This document shows positions 44,083 through 52,276 of a stretch of DNA of 64,000 nt, one piece after another. This DNA comes from an uncultured Candidatus Bathyarchaeia archaeon (GTDB taxonomy: Archaea; Thermoproteota; Bathyarchaeia; Bathyarchaeales; Bathyarchaeaceae). The position numbers were made by a program, and so were the translations under genes. The first letter of the stretch is position 1. Each line of letters starts with the position of its first letter. The notes beneath the pieces were generated by a model that was not told where the DNA came from, did not search any database, and saw only the letters and a program-made list of their open reading frames with translations. The stretch is from assembly GCA_964623205.1 (NCBI GenBank), contig CAZUQX010000007.1, positions 12,665 through 76,664 on the forward strand. The letters run 5' to 3'.

Positions 44083-44229
44083 TAAGTTTTATTGTTAATA
44101 CAAGAAGAATATATGTGTGAATCAACATAATATATTGTGTTTCATAGACACCAGAATTTGAAACGTTTCTAGGTAAAAAGGGAACATCCAAATTCCTTCT
44201 TTTCTTTTAACAAAAATTCTTATCAGCAC

Positions 44230-45108
44230 GTGATTAAAACATTTTTTGTCAAATATTTTTTTATTTCATCACGTGATAACAAAAAAAGCATAAACGATAC
44301 CTTTATAACGAACTTAACGAATACATTTCATGATAAAATGGATTGGCGGAACATGACCGATATTGAAGAAAAAGCTGTTGGAATTGCTGAAATTATTTGG
44401 CATGACCGATATTTTCGAAAAGGATTCTTTAGACAATTTTACGATTGCCTTCATGAAGCCCTTAAGATTTGTGACCAAAAATATCCTCAAAGTCAGTTGG
44501 ATTCTTTCAGGATTGCTGTTCCGAAATGGCGATTCAAACGGGAAATCCAATTAGCTAATGATTGTTATCGACTTTTCAAAATCCATAATTCCCTAGAAGA
44601 TAGAAAGAAAATGAGACATACGAGATATTTTTGGTTCATGGACGGAATTTCTAAGAAGCGAACTGAGCTTGATTGTTGGGATACGGTTAGAGTTTTTGAC
44701 GGTCAAATTTTGCCGTGTGGTTCCTGTTGCATAATTGAATCTCCCCATTTTATGCAACTGAAAGCAAAGAAAACGGATACATTAACTCAATTAATTGTTC
44801 ATGAAATCGTAGATGCCTTAGAATCAAAGGATTGCTGTAGGTTACAAGAAGAAACCAAGAAACGAAACTCGTGTGCTAATGGCTATAAATCCCATGAAAA
44901 ACACCACGACCAAATCATACTCGCAGAGCAATGGCTCTATAACCGATTCCATAAAAAGAGACCCGATTACTACACACCATTCGAAGACGAACAGTTACGA
45001 ATCCTATATCCGAAAGCCTCTAGAGAGACACTTGAAAAAGAATTGAAATTCCGTTCTTGGAAGTCTATCCGCTCAAGAGCTTACGACTTGGGAATAAAAA
45101 GAATTTGA
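44230..45108 (+). CDS. Hypothetical protein with C-terminal Myb/SANT-like helix region; true start probably the ATG at 44338
   Basis: The ORF-track GTG start runs through the CACGTGAT palindromes. The first Met (MDWRNMTDIEEK) is codon 37. The C-terminus is LRILYPKASRETLEKELKFRSWKSIRSRAYDLGI. Confidence 0.45.
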   Translation: MIKTFFVKYFFISSRDNKKSINDTFITNLTNTFHDKMDWRNMTDIEEKAVGIAEIIWHDRYFRKGFFRQFYDCLHEALKICDQKYPQSQLDSFRIAVPKWRFKREIQLANDCYRLFKIHNSLEDRKKMRHTRYFWFMDGISKKRTELDCWDTVRVFDGQILPCGSCCIIESPHFMQLKAKKTDTLTQLIVHEIVDALESKDCCRLQEETKKRNSCANGYKSHEKHHDQIILAEQWLYNRFHKKRPDYYTPFEDEQLRILYPKASRETLEKELKFRSWKSIRSRAYDLGIKRI

Positions 45109-45193
45109 GAATCTTCAATCTAGCCTTTATATATCAAAACGCATGGGGAAACGCATGATTCCAAAATTAGCCAAAAAGGAGGTGTGACAAATA

Positions 45194-46288
45194 TTGACAC
45201 AATCCAGTAAGTCAGTTAATCAATCCAAAAATACGCATGATAATAACCATAAATCACAATATACTATAAAAAAGTCCAAACATCAAACTAGACCTACCCT
45301 TAGACCTCTCCAAACTTATAAAAACATGATAGAAAAACATTGTAAACCCTTTAATTTGGCTTGGTTGGATTCTGGAATTGATTATCTAATAACCTGTATC
45401 GACAACTACGATTTTACGCATGATTTTTCTTTGACCCAGAAGGAAATCCCAGAACTTAAAGATGTGCTACGGCTCATGATTGTTAGAGGGATGTATGTCA
45501 GGTCTCTTGACGTGGTAAATAAACTTAAAATCTCTAGAAGAACCGCACAAAAATATCTTCTAAGACTTTGTAAATTAAGATGGTGTATGCGTGGTCGTTG
45601 GGTAACGTATAACGACATAAATCCATTCCTGCAATTTCTGATTTACCTTTCTCCAAAAAAGATGGGGCAGCTCATACATTTCTTCGCTCCTAGGCAGGTC
45701 GATTTGTTGAACCTCTTATCATACTCACTCTTGGAAGCTATAGATGAAAAAGTTAATGATGTCAAATTCATTTGGAGTCAAAAAGAACCAGATTTTGGCA
45801 ATGACTATTTTCCGTCCCTTCAGCATATTGGAAAATTCTATCCATATTTCAACGGAACGGTTCAAATTAAAGCCGAAACAGAAAGCCGAGATTATTATTC
45901 GACCCTTCCGTATAACATCCATTGGACGGGAAGGAATTCTCACATTACCCTTCCAATTCCCTTCAAATTCTATGGAGTTCAAGATGTTGGATACTCATCC
46001 AAAATTAACAAGCTGAAAGTCCATTTCGACAATTCGATAACAGTTGGGATTCCTTTAGGGTCTGCCAGTTATTCAAGTCGAAAATTACTAAATGAATGGG
46101 GACTAAAGCATTGGAGCGATATGGCAAATAGCTTTATGAACAAATACTGGAAAAACGAATATGTAGAGACCTTTAATTTCCAAACCCATGAAGAGATAAT
46201 AAAGAATAGATTACTCTACAAAGCAATCCCGATTAAACAGGTATCACAAAAGACATTTCTCTTAAAGCAATGTCTAGCTGAGATATAA
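45194..46288 (+). CDS. Hypothetical 364-aa protein with putative wHTH (possible replication/partition-type function)
   Basis: LKISRRTAQKYLLRLCKLRW is an HTH-like stretch. There are no enzymatic motifs. Confidence 0.4.
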   Translation: MTQSSKSVNQSKNTHDNNHKSQYTIKKSKHQTRPTLRPLQTYKNMIEKHCKPFNLAWLDSGIDYLITCIDNYDFTHDFSLTQKEIPELKDVLRLMIVRGMYVRSLDVVNKLKISRRTAQKYLLRLCKLRWCMRGRWVTYNDINPFLQFLIYLSPKKMGQLIHFFAPRQVDLLNLLSYSLLEAIDEKVNDVKFIWSQKEPDFGNDYFPSLQHIGKFYPYFNGTVQIKAETESRDYYSTLPYNIHWTGRNSHITLPIPFKFYGVQDVGYSSKINKLKVHFDNSITVGIPLGSASYSSRKLLNEWGLKHWSDMANSFMNKYWKNEYVETFNFQTHEEIIKNRLLYKAIPIKQVSQKTFLLKQCLAEI

Positions 46289-46389
46289 GTTCATTTTCTA
46301 TTCAAAAACCACTCTTTCTCAATTTCATTATGCGATATTGTAAACAAAATGTAAAAACTTATAAGTAAGTTTATACATATATTTATTAG

Positions 46390-46638
46390 ATGATAAAAAT
46401 GCAGCATAAATATGCATTCATAAGAATAAGAAAAGAAACAAAGGAAAAGCTTGATACATGGGCAAAAATTTGTGACAAGAAATTGATTAACATGCTAGAT
46501 GAAATCATAGACGCTTATCGGGACACTATTCTAATCAGCAACATCAATCGTTTACTAAACAGTCCAAACGCAGACGATGTTTTCTATGTCGCTAACGAAG
46601 TCGCTAAATCAATCATTAAGAGGGATAACAATGACTGA
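46390..46638 (+). CDS. Small possible ribbon-helix-helix protein
   Basis: AFIRIRKETKEKLDTWAKICDKKLINMLDEIIDAY has a beta-strand plus two-helix pattern. A TATACATA box at 46372-46379 suggests a leaderless start at ATG 46399. Confidence 0.4.
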   Translation: MIKMQHKYAFIRIRKETKEKLDTWAKICDKKLINMLDEIIDAYRDTILISNINRLLNSPNADDVFYVANEVAKSIIKRDNND

Positions 46639-47341
46639 ACCAATTTGTGAAAATTGTGGAAAGCCATTAAACGAATGTCAATGCGAAGAACCAAAGATTT
46701 CAGTTTCAAAAGCTAGAGAGCCTGACAGGATTGTCAGAATTGAATCTGTGCAAGTCCCTAGTAAAGAAGAGTTTGAGAAGGTCAAAAAACAAAAAGAGGA
46801 TTATGAACGAATTATCGCACTTCAGGCTGAAAAAAGCTTCAGAGACGAGCTTTCAGAATTTTTGTCTCAAGTAGATGACGATGAAAAACGGGAAGCAATT
46901 GAGAAAATGATTGACAACGACCCAGAAAGGTTAGAAAATGCTAAAATGATGACTTCAATTCTGGAACAGGCAATTCATGCTGGTGGTGGTCGAGTTACTG
47001 GAAGAAGAATGCCTAGCGGAAAAGCCTCATTGCCTCAAAATAATTCAGGTTTTTCAGACAGTTACAAAGAATACGTTGATACGTTGTATGAAACTCTCAA
47101 AGACCCAAGTAAATCTGACCTAGAAAAAGAATCAGCAAATCAGATGCTTGACCAATTGTTCGGTGAAATGGTGAAAGGACTTCGTGTAGCTAAAGGAAAA
47201 TATGGTCATGCCGTGCCATCATACCAAGTTACGGAGTGTCCTAACTGTCGCTTGTTGCTTACTGGAGAACGGGGCGAAGAAATCGATTATTGTCCTCGCT
47301 GTGGATGGCAGAAATACGTGAAGTCTGCGAGACGGGCTTAG
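46631..47341 (+). CDS. Zinc-ribbon protein (Cys pairs at both termini)
   Basis: The ATG at 46631 overlaps the upstream stop (ATGACTGA). N-terminal CENCGKPLNECQC and C-terminal CPNCRLLL...CPRCGW. The ORF track lists 46577 as an upstream alternative start. Confidence 0.5.
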   Translation: MTEPICENCGKPLNECQCEEPKISVSKAREPDRIVRIESVQVPSKEEFEKVKKQKEDYERIIALQAEKSFRDELSEFLSQVDDDEKREAIEKMIDNDPERLENAKMMTSILEQAIHAGGGRVTGRRMPSGKASLPQNNSGFSDSYKEYVDTLYETLKDPSKSDLEKESANQMLDQLFGEMVKGLRVAKGKYGHAVPSYQVTECPNCRLLLTGERGEEIDYCPRCGWQKYVKSARRA

Positions 47342-47380
47342 GCTGTTTTTTATGCCTACCGTCTTAGCCATCATGGATTA

Positions 47381-47827
47381 ATGGATGGAAGAAAAATGCT
47401 AAGAAAAAAGAAAGTTAGTCTCGTCTTGTCTGTTGCCCTTTCTGACAGGGAAACATTCAAAGTTCTACCTGACAAGAAGCAACAAAAGAACATCTACGAC
47501 AGAGTTCGCAATAGGCTAGTTCGTCAGGGAGTAGAGGACGATTTACTGCAAACTAGATTAATTGCTGAAATCCGTTCTGAACTCTTTAAACTTCAACCCA
47601 AATTCAACCCAAAATCTTCTGAATCCGAAATTCAAAGCAATAAAGAATCATTTTTTGACAGAAATTTTAGAATTAGAGGTTTTGACGTTTGGAGCGAACA
47701 CGAAGAGTCTATAGACCCAATTCAGCAACTTCAGGACAATTACAATCGAACCGTAGAAGAGGGATTCAGAGATGTTTTCTGTCCTATCTGTCATTGCGAA
47801 AAATCTTGCTGTCGATGTCACGAATAA
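47381..47827 (+). CDS. Hypothetical 148-aa protein with Cys-rich C-terminus
   Basis: The C-terminus is CPICHCEKSCCRCHE. Confidence 0.4.
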   Translation: MDGRKMLRKKKVSLVLSVALSDRETFKVLPDKKQQKNIYDRVRNRLVRQGVEDDLLQTRLIAEIRSELFKLQPKFNPKSSESEIQSNKESFFDRNFRIRGFDVWSEHEESIDPIQQLQDNYNRTVEEGFRDVFCPICHCEKSCCRCHE

Positions 47828-47843
47828 AAAAAGTGGAAGAAGA

Positions 47844-49124
47844 TTATTCTTCCGCTTGCTTTTTCTCTAGTTTCTTAATTACGCCTTTGTAGTCAGCCAA
47901 CAGGTCTAAAGCTGGTTGAACTTGTGTCTGCAAATCAAAAATTGTCTGTTTTGCTTCGGACAGTTCTTTTTGCTGATTATTGGTGGTTTCTTGAAGTAAA
48001 TCCACTCTTGTCTTAAATGCAGAGTTTTCCCTCTCAATCTGCTGAATAGCCTCCTTCATTTTCTCTATTTGTTCCTGTTGATTCTGCCTAGTTTTTCCTG
48101 ATATATCTCCATTGAGAGACAAATTCTTGTAAGCCAAACGAAAGATTTTCTCAGCTTGGTCTTCCAGTTCTTCGTATGTCATGTCAGAAACGCTTACAGA
48201 TTTTGCACAGATTATTTTCGCCATGTCTTTATCTATTCGTCTTAATCTGCTGAAAGTGAATTTTCGGATACAATGAAATCTAACTCTCTTTTTCCCGATG
48301 TTGATGTTTGCTTTAGTTACTAATCTTCGAAGTTTTTTGTTTAATCCTTCATTTGAGATGGGTTTGTCTGGTTTGCTGTTGCACCAGATGTATTTTGGGA
48401 GTTTTCCTTTTTTCTTTTCCAGCACCTTCAAGTATGCATTAACACTTTCTATGGCTTCAGGAGTCAAAAATGAGATTGGCTGAATTCCTGTTTTTTGTCG
48501 TGGCTGACCTATCCATTTGGCAAAGTCTAAGCCTCTCTGTTTAGCATCATCAATAATCTCTCTAAGTTTCTGTGCCTCTATCCTAAGAAAATCCTTGCTT
48601 CCCTGTCCATAGCTAACCGCCAATGAAATCAATGCTTTTTCTGCGACATCTCCAAAATGGAACATCTTGCGTAAATCGTCTTGACTGAATCGATATTCAT
48701 CTTGTGGCATCTGAGTAGGTGCAAAAGAATCCATTACGCCTTCTATTGCTTTACAATTTTGATGATAAAACGCTAATACTGCACTCCCCATTTCATTGCA
48801 ATAGTTTGTTGAATATGGTTTGTTGCTTTTTGGATTAATCTGCTTTCTGAACCAGTTATAGAACTCGATTATTCGGTTAGAAATGTCTCTTTCCCATTCA
48901 TCCAAGTTGTTGAGCATTTTTTCCTGTTTATATTCTTCAATCAATTGTTCTGGGGTCTTGTCAGTCCAGAAACAGTATTTCTTAAATCTGCTCGAATGGC
49001 TCCGCTTCGTAGATTCTTTGCATCTAGGAAAATACTTGAGGTAGTCAGCGTTTTTCTTGCTAATCATTTCTGGTTTTTGGTTTTCTTCATATTCTGTTTT
49101 AGGGTTTATGGATTCAAAATCCAA
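47844..49124 (-). CDS. Tyrosine recombinase / integrase with about 90-aa C-terminal coiled-coil extension
   Basis: 426 aa. VRFHCIRKFTFS (H-x-x-R) is followed by AKSVSVSDMTYEE (candidate catalytic Tyr). The N-terminal region resembles a SAM-like core-binding domain. TTG start per the ORF track. The gene abuts the attR-like site. Confidence 0.7.
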   Translation of the reverse strand: MDFESINPKTEYEENQKPEMISKKNADYLKYFPRCKESTKRSHSSRFKKYCFWTDKTPEQLIEEYKQEKMLNNLDEWERDISNRIIEFYNWFRKQINPKSNKPYSTNYCNEMGSAVLAFYHQNCKAIEGVMDSFAPTQMPQDEYRFSQDDLRKMFHFGDVAEKALISLAVSYGQGSKDFLRIEAQKLREIIDDAKQRGLDFAKWIGQPRQKTGIQPISFLTPEAIESVNAYLKVLEKKKGKLPKYIWCNSKPDKPISNEGLNKKLRRLVTKANINIGKKRVRFHCIRKFTFSRLRRIDKDMAKIICAKSVSVSDMTYEELEDQAEKIFRLAYKNLSLNGDISGKTRQNQQEQIEKMKEAIQQIERENSAFKTRVDLLQETTNNQQKELSEAKQTIFDLQTQVQPALDLLADYKGVIKKLEKKQAEE

Positions 49125-49128
49125 CTTG

Positions 49129-49148
49129 TAGTTGGATGTTGTTGAAAA
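49129..49148 (+). repeat. attR-like site: inner arm TAGTTGGATG + core TTGTTGAAAA
   Basis: Read directly. It lies 5 bp outside the integrase ORF start. The adjacent 49121-49135 CCAACTtgtAGTTGG is itself a 6-bp-arm palindrome. Confidence 0.65.
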
Positions 49149-49237
49149 TAAGCTTTTTCCAGAAAAACCAAGCGAACCATGAACTCCACTTAGAATAGAA
49201 GGTTAAAGGTTTTTAGCTTTAGCCTGTTTAAGTTACA

Positions 49238-49759
49238 GTGGAATGGGAAGGATTGTCCATGGGCAAGTTTACAGTAATTTCTGCTAAAATACCTGATGAG
49301 GTGTACAAGGAACTCGCTCTTCGTATCCCTGAAGGGGAAAGAAGCACATTCATTCGGGAAGCCATACTGGAGAAACTGGAAAAGACTCCGCGACCAGACA
49401 AGATTCTAGGGTTGGAACAGAAAGTCACCAAGCTGGAAAACGAAGTTAACAAAATAAAAGATTGGCTAGCCAAGCTTGAAGTTCTTACCCACGAAGAGGG
49501 AAAAGTAAATCCTCATATCTTCTGCATCGACGAGTTTGACAACAAAATCGTGGATTACCTTCTCGATAATAGAGGAGCCACAACCACCGAGCTTGCGGAG
49601 TTTCTGGGAACGAATCGCTGGTTTGTTCTTAACCGCCTCAGAAAAATTGAGAAATCATCCAAGAAGCAACTTGGAAAATCCATCATATTCTATTACTCTG
49701 GAGAAAGAACGGGAAAAAGAAAAGCTTGGTGGATAAGTGAAGACCTAATTGAAACATGA
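49238..49759 (+). CDS. Ribbon-helix-helix + winged-helix transcriptional regulator
   Basis: KFTVISAKIPDEVYKELALRIPEGERSTFIREAILEKL is a CopG/RHH pattern. C-terminal IVDYLLDNRGATTTELAEFLGTNRWFVLNRLRKI is wHTH-like. The likely start is the ATG at 49259. Confidence 0.6.
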   Translation: MEWEGLSMGKFTVISAKIPDEVYKELALRIPEGERSTFIREAILEKLEKTPRPDKILGLEQKVTKLENEVNKIKDWLAKLEVLTHEEGKVNPHIFCIDEFDNKIVDYLLDNRGATTTELAEFLGTNRWFVLNRLRKIEKSSKKQLGKSIIFYYSGERTGKRKAWWISEDLIET

Positions 49760-49801
49760 CCCGCCTTAATCGACAAAGATTTTAAGTATGTTCGCTGACA
49801 T

Positions 49802-50056
49802 GTGGCTGTGGGGTTGAAGGATATGTCAGAACTTGTAAAAGCCTATATCCTTGCTAACGTAAAACGTGGAGCCGAACACAAGGTTGCCCTGAAGATTAAG
49901 AAGATGAAAGAAATCACGGAAGTCCTTGTTACCTATGGACTCTGGGACATAATCGCCCGCATCGAAGCTGAAAGTTTAGGGCATCTCGACAAGATCATCA
50001 CTGATATACGGCAGATTGAAGAGATCGAGCAGACCACCACGCTCATAGGCTCCTAA
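49802..50056 (+). CDS. Stand-alone Lrp/AsnC-type ligand-binding (RAM) domain protein
   Basis: 84 aa. AYILANVKRG...EVLVTYGLWDIIARIEAESLGHLDKIITDIRQIEEIEQTTTLI has the RAM-domain beta-alpha-beta-beta-alpha-beta pattern. Confidence 0.6.
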   Translation: MAVGLKDMSELVKAYILANVKRGAEHKVALKIKKMKEITEVLVTYGLWDIIARIEAESLGHLDKIITDIRQIEEIEQTTTLIGS

Positions 50057-50138
50057 AAAGTCTCGAATACACGTCCTTGCAGAGACGTAAAGGCAACAAA
50101 GCTTAATTTACACAAAGACTCTGGAAGAGTGAAAAGTA

Positions 50139-50243
50139 GGGCCCGTAGCCCAGACAGGATTAAGGCGTCGAACCATCCCACAGGGAAGGTGCGCAAGCCT
50201 CCGGAGCCGGAAACCCGGGGTTCAAATCCCCGCGGGCCCGCCA
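50139..50243 (+). tRNA. tRNA-Arg (anticodon CCG at 50201-50203) with 26-nt intron at 50171-50196 (position 29/30) and encoded CCA
   Basis: Folded by hand. Acceptor GGGCCCG/CGGGCCC, D stem GCC/GGC, T arm CGGGG-TTCAAAT-CCCCG, discriminator G, then CCA. After intron removal the anticodon arm is TCGGC-CTCCGGA-GCCGG. BHB motif around the intron (4-bp helix 50165-50168/50191-50194, 3-nt bulges 50169-50171 and 50195-50197). A TATA-like TTAATTTA box sits at 50103-50110. Confidence 0.85.
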
Positions 50244-50259
50244 AAAGGAAGAAAACAGA

Positions 50260-52206
50260 ATGGCTACAGTTAACCCCTTCAAGGAATTCCATGATGACTG
50301 CGAGACCGCTTTAAAGGATGCCCTCAACAAGCTACATCCCAATTTTATCTTGCCATTTATGCTGCTTGAAATCCCGCCTAACCTCGAATTCGGTGAATTG
50401 GCAACCTCGGTATGCTTCGAGATTGCCAAGCAAACTGGAAAGAAAGCTAGGAATATAGCGGAGGAAACCGTGCAAACAATAGATGTTAGCGGTTTTCCGT
50501 TGATTCAATCAGTTGAGGCTGCTGGGGCAGGATACATCAATTTTCACGTAAACTCTGAAAAGTTCTTCCGTTTAACCCTTGAATCCGCCAGAGCCCTCGA
50601 TCGGGAATATGGATACGTTAAAACTTCTGAGCCGAAAACGATTATGCTCGAACATACCAGCGTCAATCCCATCCATCCAATCCACATAGGACAGGCAAGG
50701 AACCCGATGTTGGGCGATGCCCTAGCCCGCATCCTAACGGAACACGGACACACGGTCTCAAGGCATTATTATGTGGACGATGTTGGCCGCCAGAGCGCTG
50801 TCATAGCCTACGGATACACTAAACTTGGGAGGCCGAAGCCCCAAGGAAAGCCTGACAGTTTCATAGGCGCAATCTATGCGGTTACAAGTTGCATAATGGA
50901 GATTCAGCGTCTCAAGAAAGCGGTTGAAACAGCAAAGAAGCTTGAGACCCAAGAAATTTCGAAGCTACAGAGGGAACTGGATGATTGGGCCTCAGTTGCG
51001 GCAGACCTAGAAAAGAGATTCCCCGAAATCTTCACTCGCCTCCTAGACGAAATCAGCAGGGACAGCGACCCTGAAGAACAGGTGAGCAACCTAATACGTG
51101 GATACGAGGCGGGCAGAGAAGATGCGAAGCAGCTACTCAGGGAGGTCTGTCAACTCTGTCTCAGAGGATTCAGAGAAACCCTCGGCAGAGTTGGAGTCAT
51201 CATCGATTCTTGGGACTGGGAGAGCGACCTAATCTGGAACGACGACGTCAACCGTGTCCTCGACGAACTAAAGACAACCCCCTATGTTTTCCAGTTGGGA
51301 GGAGTTTTAGAATTTGATGCAGAAAAAGTTGCTCACGACCTTGATCTCAAAAAGGCGTTGGGTCTGAGCGATGACCATGAGCTATCTTCCCTGACTCTCG
51401 TGAGGGCTGACGGAACCACCCTCTACACAACGAGAGATATTGCCTATCATCTGTGGAAGTTTCAGAGAGCTGAATGCGTCATCAACGTGATCGGCATGGA
51501 ACAGAGTCTTCCCCAGCTGCAGTTGAAACTTGCTTTGAGTGCTCTTGGTCACGTGGATTACATAACAAAACTAACTCACTTTGCCTACAATCTCGTGAGC
51601 CTTCCGGGGTACCGGATGTCAAGCCGCAGAGGTCGCTACGTCACCCTCGACGAGGTTATGGATGGAGCAGCCGAGCGGGCTTACGAAGAAGTTACGAAAC
51701 GTTCTCCTCACCTGTCTGATGAAGAGAAGAGGCAGATTTCAGAATTCGTGGGAAAAGGAGCAGTCAAATATGCTCTCGTTGAAGTGGATCCAACAAAACC
51801 TGTTGTCTTTACTTGGGACAGGGTGCTAGACTTTGAGAAGAACAGTGCCCCCTACATTCAGTATTCGCACGCTAGAGCCCAAAGCATCCTGAAGAAAGCA
51901 TCTAGAGAACCTGAAAACGCTGACTACTCAATTCTAGCAGACCCAATGGAACGGGATATAGTGCTGACTTTAGCTCGTTTTCCTGAGGTCTTCGTGGATG
52001 CTGCAGAGAATCTCCGACCAAACGCCATAGCGGACTATGCCAACAGGTTAGCTGACAAGTTCAACAGGTTCTACACTAAACTGCCAGTTATAAAAGCCGA
52101 GTCACGTGAACTAAGCGACGCTAGACTCGCCCTTGTGGACGCTACGAGAATAGTTCTTCGAAATGCCCTGAAACTCTTGGGAATAGAGGCGCCAGAGAGA
52201 ATGTAA
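50260..52206 (+). CDS. argS: Arginyl-tRNA synthetase
   Basis: 648 aa. Class I HIGH-like motif SVNPIHPIHIGQARN, MSSRRG (KMSKS-like), and a DALR anticodon-binding C-terminus (YIQYSHARAQSIL...). Confidence 0.9.
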   Translation: MATVNPFKEFHDDCETALKDALNKLHPNFILPFMLLEIPPNLEFGELATSVCFEIAKQTGKKARNIAEETVQTIDVSGFPLIQSVEAAGAGYINFHVNSEKFFRLTLESARALDREYGYVKTSEPKTIMLEHTSVNPIHPIHIGQARNPMLGDALARILTEHGHTVSRHYYVDDVGRQSAVIAYGYTKLGRPKPQGKPDSFIGAIYAVTSCIMEIQRLKKAVETAKKLETQEISKLQRELDDWASVAADLEKRFPEIFTRLLDEISRDSDPEEQVSNLIRGYEAGREDAKQLLREVCQLCLRGFRETLGRVGVIIDSWDWESDLIWNDDVNRVLDELKTTPYVFQLGGVLEFDAEKVAHDLDLKKALGLSDDHELSSLTLVRADGTTLYTTRDIAYHLWKFQRAECVINVIGMEQSLPQLQLKLALSALGHVDYITKLTHFAYNLVSLPGYRMSSRRGRYVTLDEVMDGAAERAYEEVTKRSPHLSDEEKRQISEFVGKGAVKYALVEVDPTKPVVFTWDRVLDFEKNSAPYIQYSHARAQSILKKASREPENADYSILADPMERDIVLTLARFPEVFVDAAENLRPNAIADYANRLADKFNRFYTKLPVIKAESRELSDARLALVDATRIVLRNALKLLGIEAPERM

Positions 52207-52276
52207 ACTCTTCTCTATGCAGCATGCGAAAAACACAAATTGCTAAAGCGAGAAAATATATTCTTGAGGCTTTTGT

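Larger units (their letters stand above)
32298..49148. mobile_element. About 16.9-kb AT-rich integrated element (probably two fused elements) with tyrosine recombinase and defence cargo
   Basis: It is bounded by the direct repeat TTGTTGAAAA with island-internal inverted arms. Base and codon composition shifts abruptly at both ends. The integrase gene abuts the right end. Confidence 0.7.

Noticed and set aside
50139-50243. The idea that the island integrated into the adjacent tRNA-Arg gene, the classic archaeal integrase target.
   Set aside because: I found no copy of any tRNA segment at the far end of the island (32.2-32.4 kb, 38.4-39.0 kb or 41.3 kb). Two host-composition genes (49238-50056) separate the integrase from the tRNA. 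The repeat that actually brackets the compositional island is TTGTTGAAAA, which is unrelated to the tRNA.
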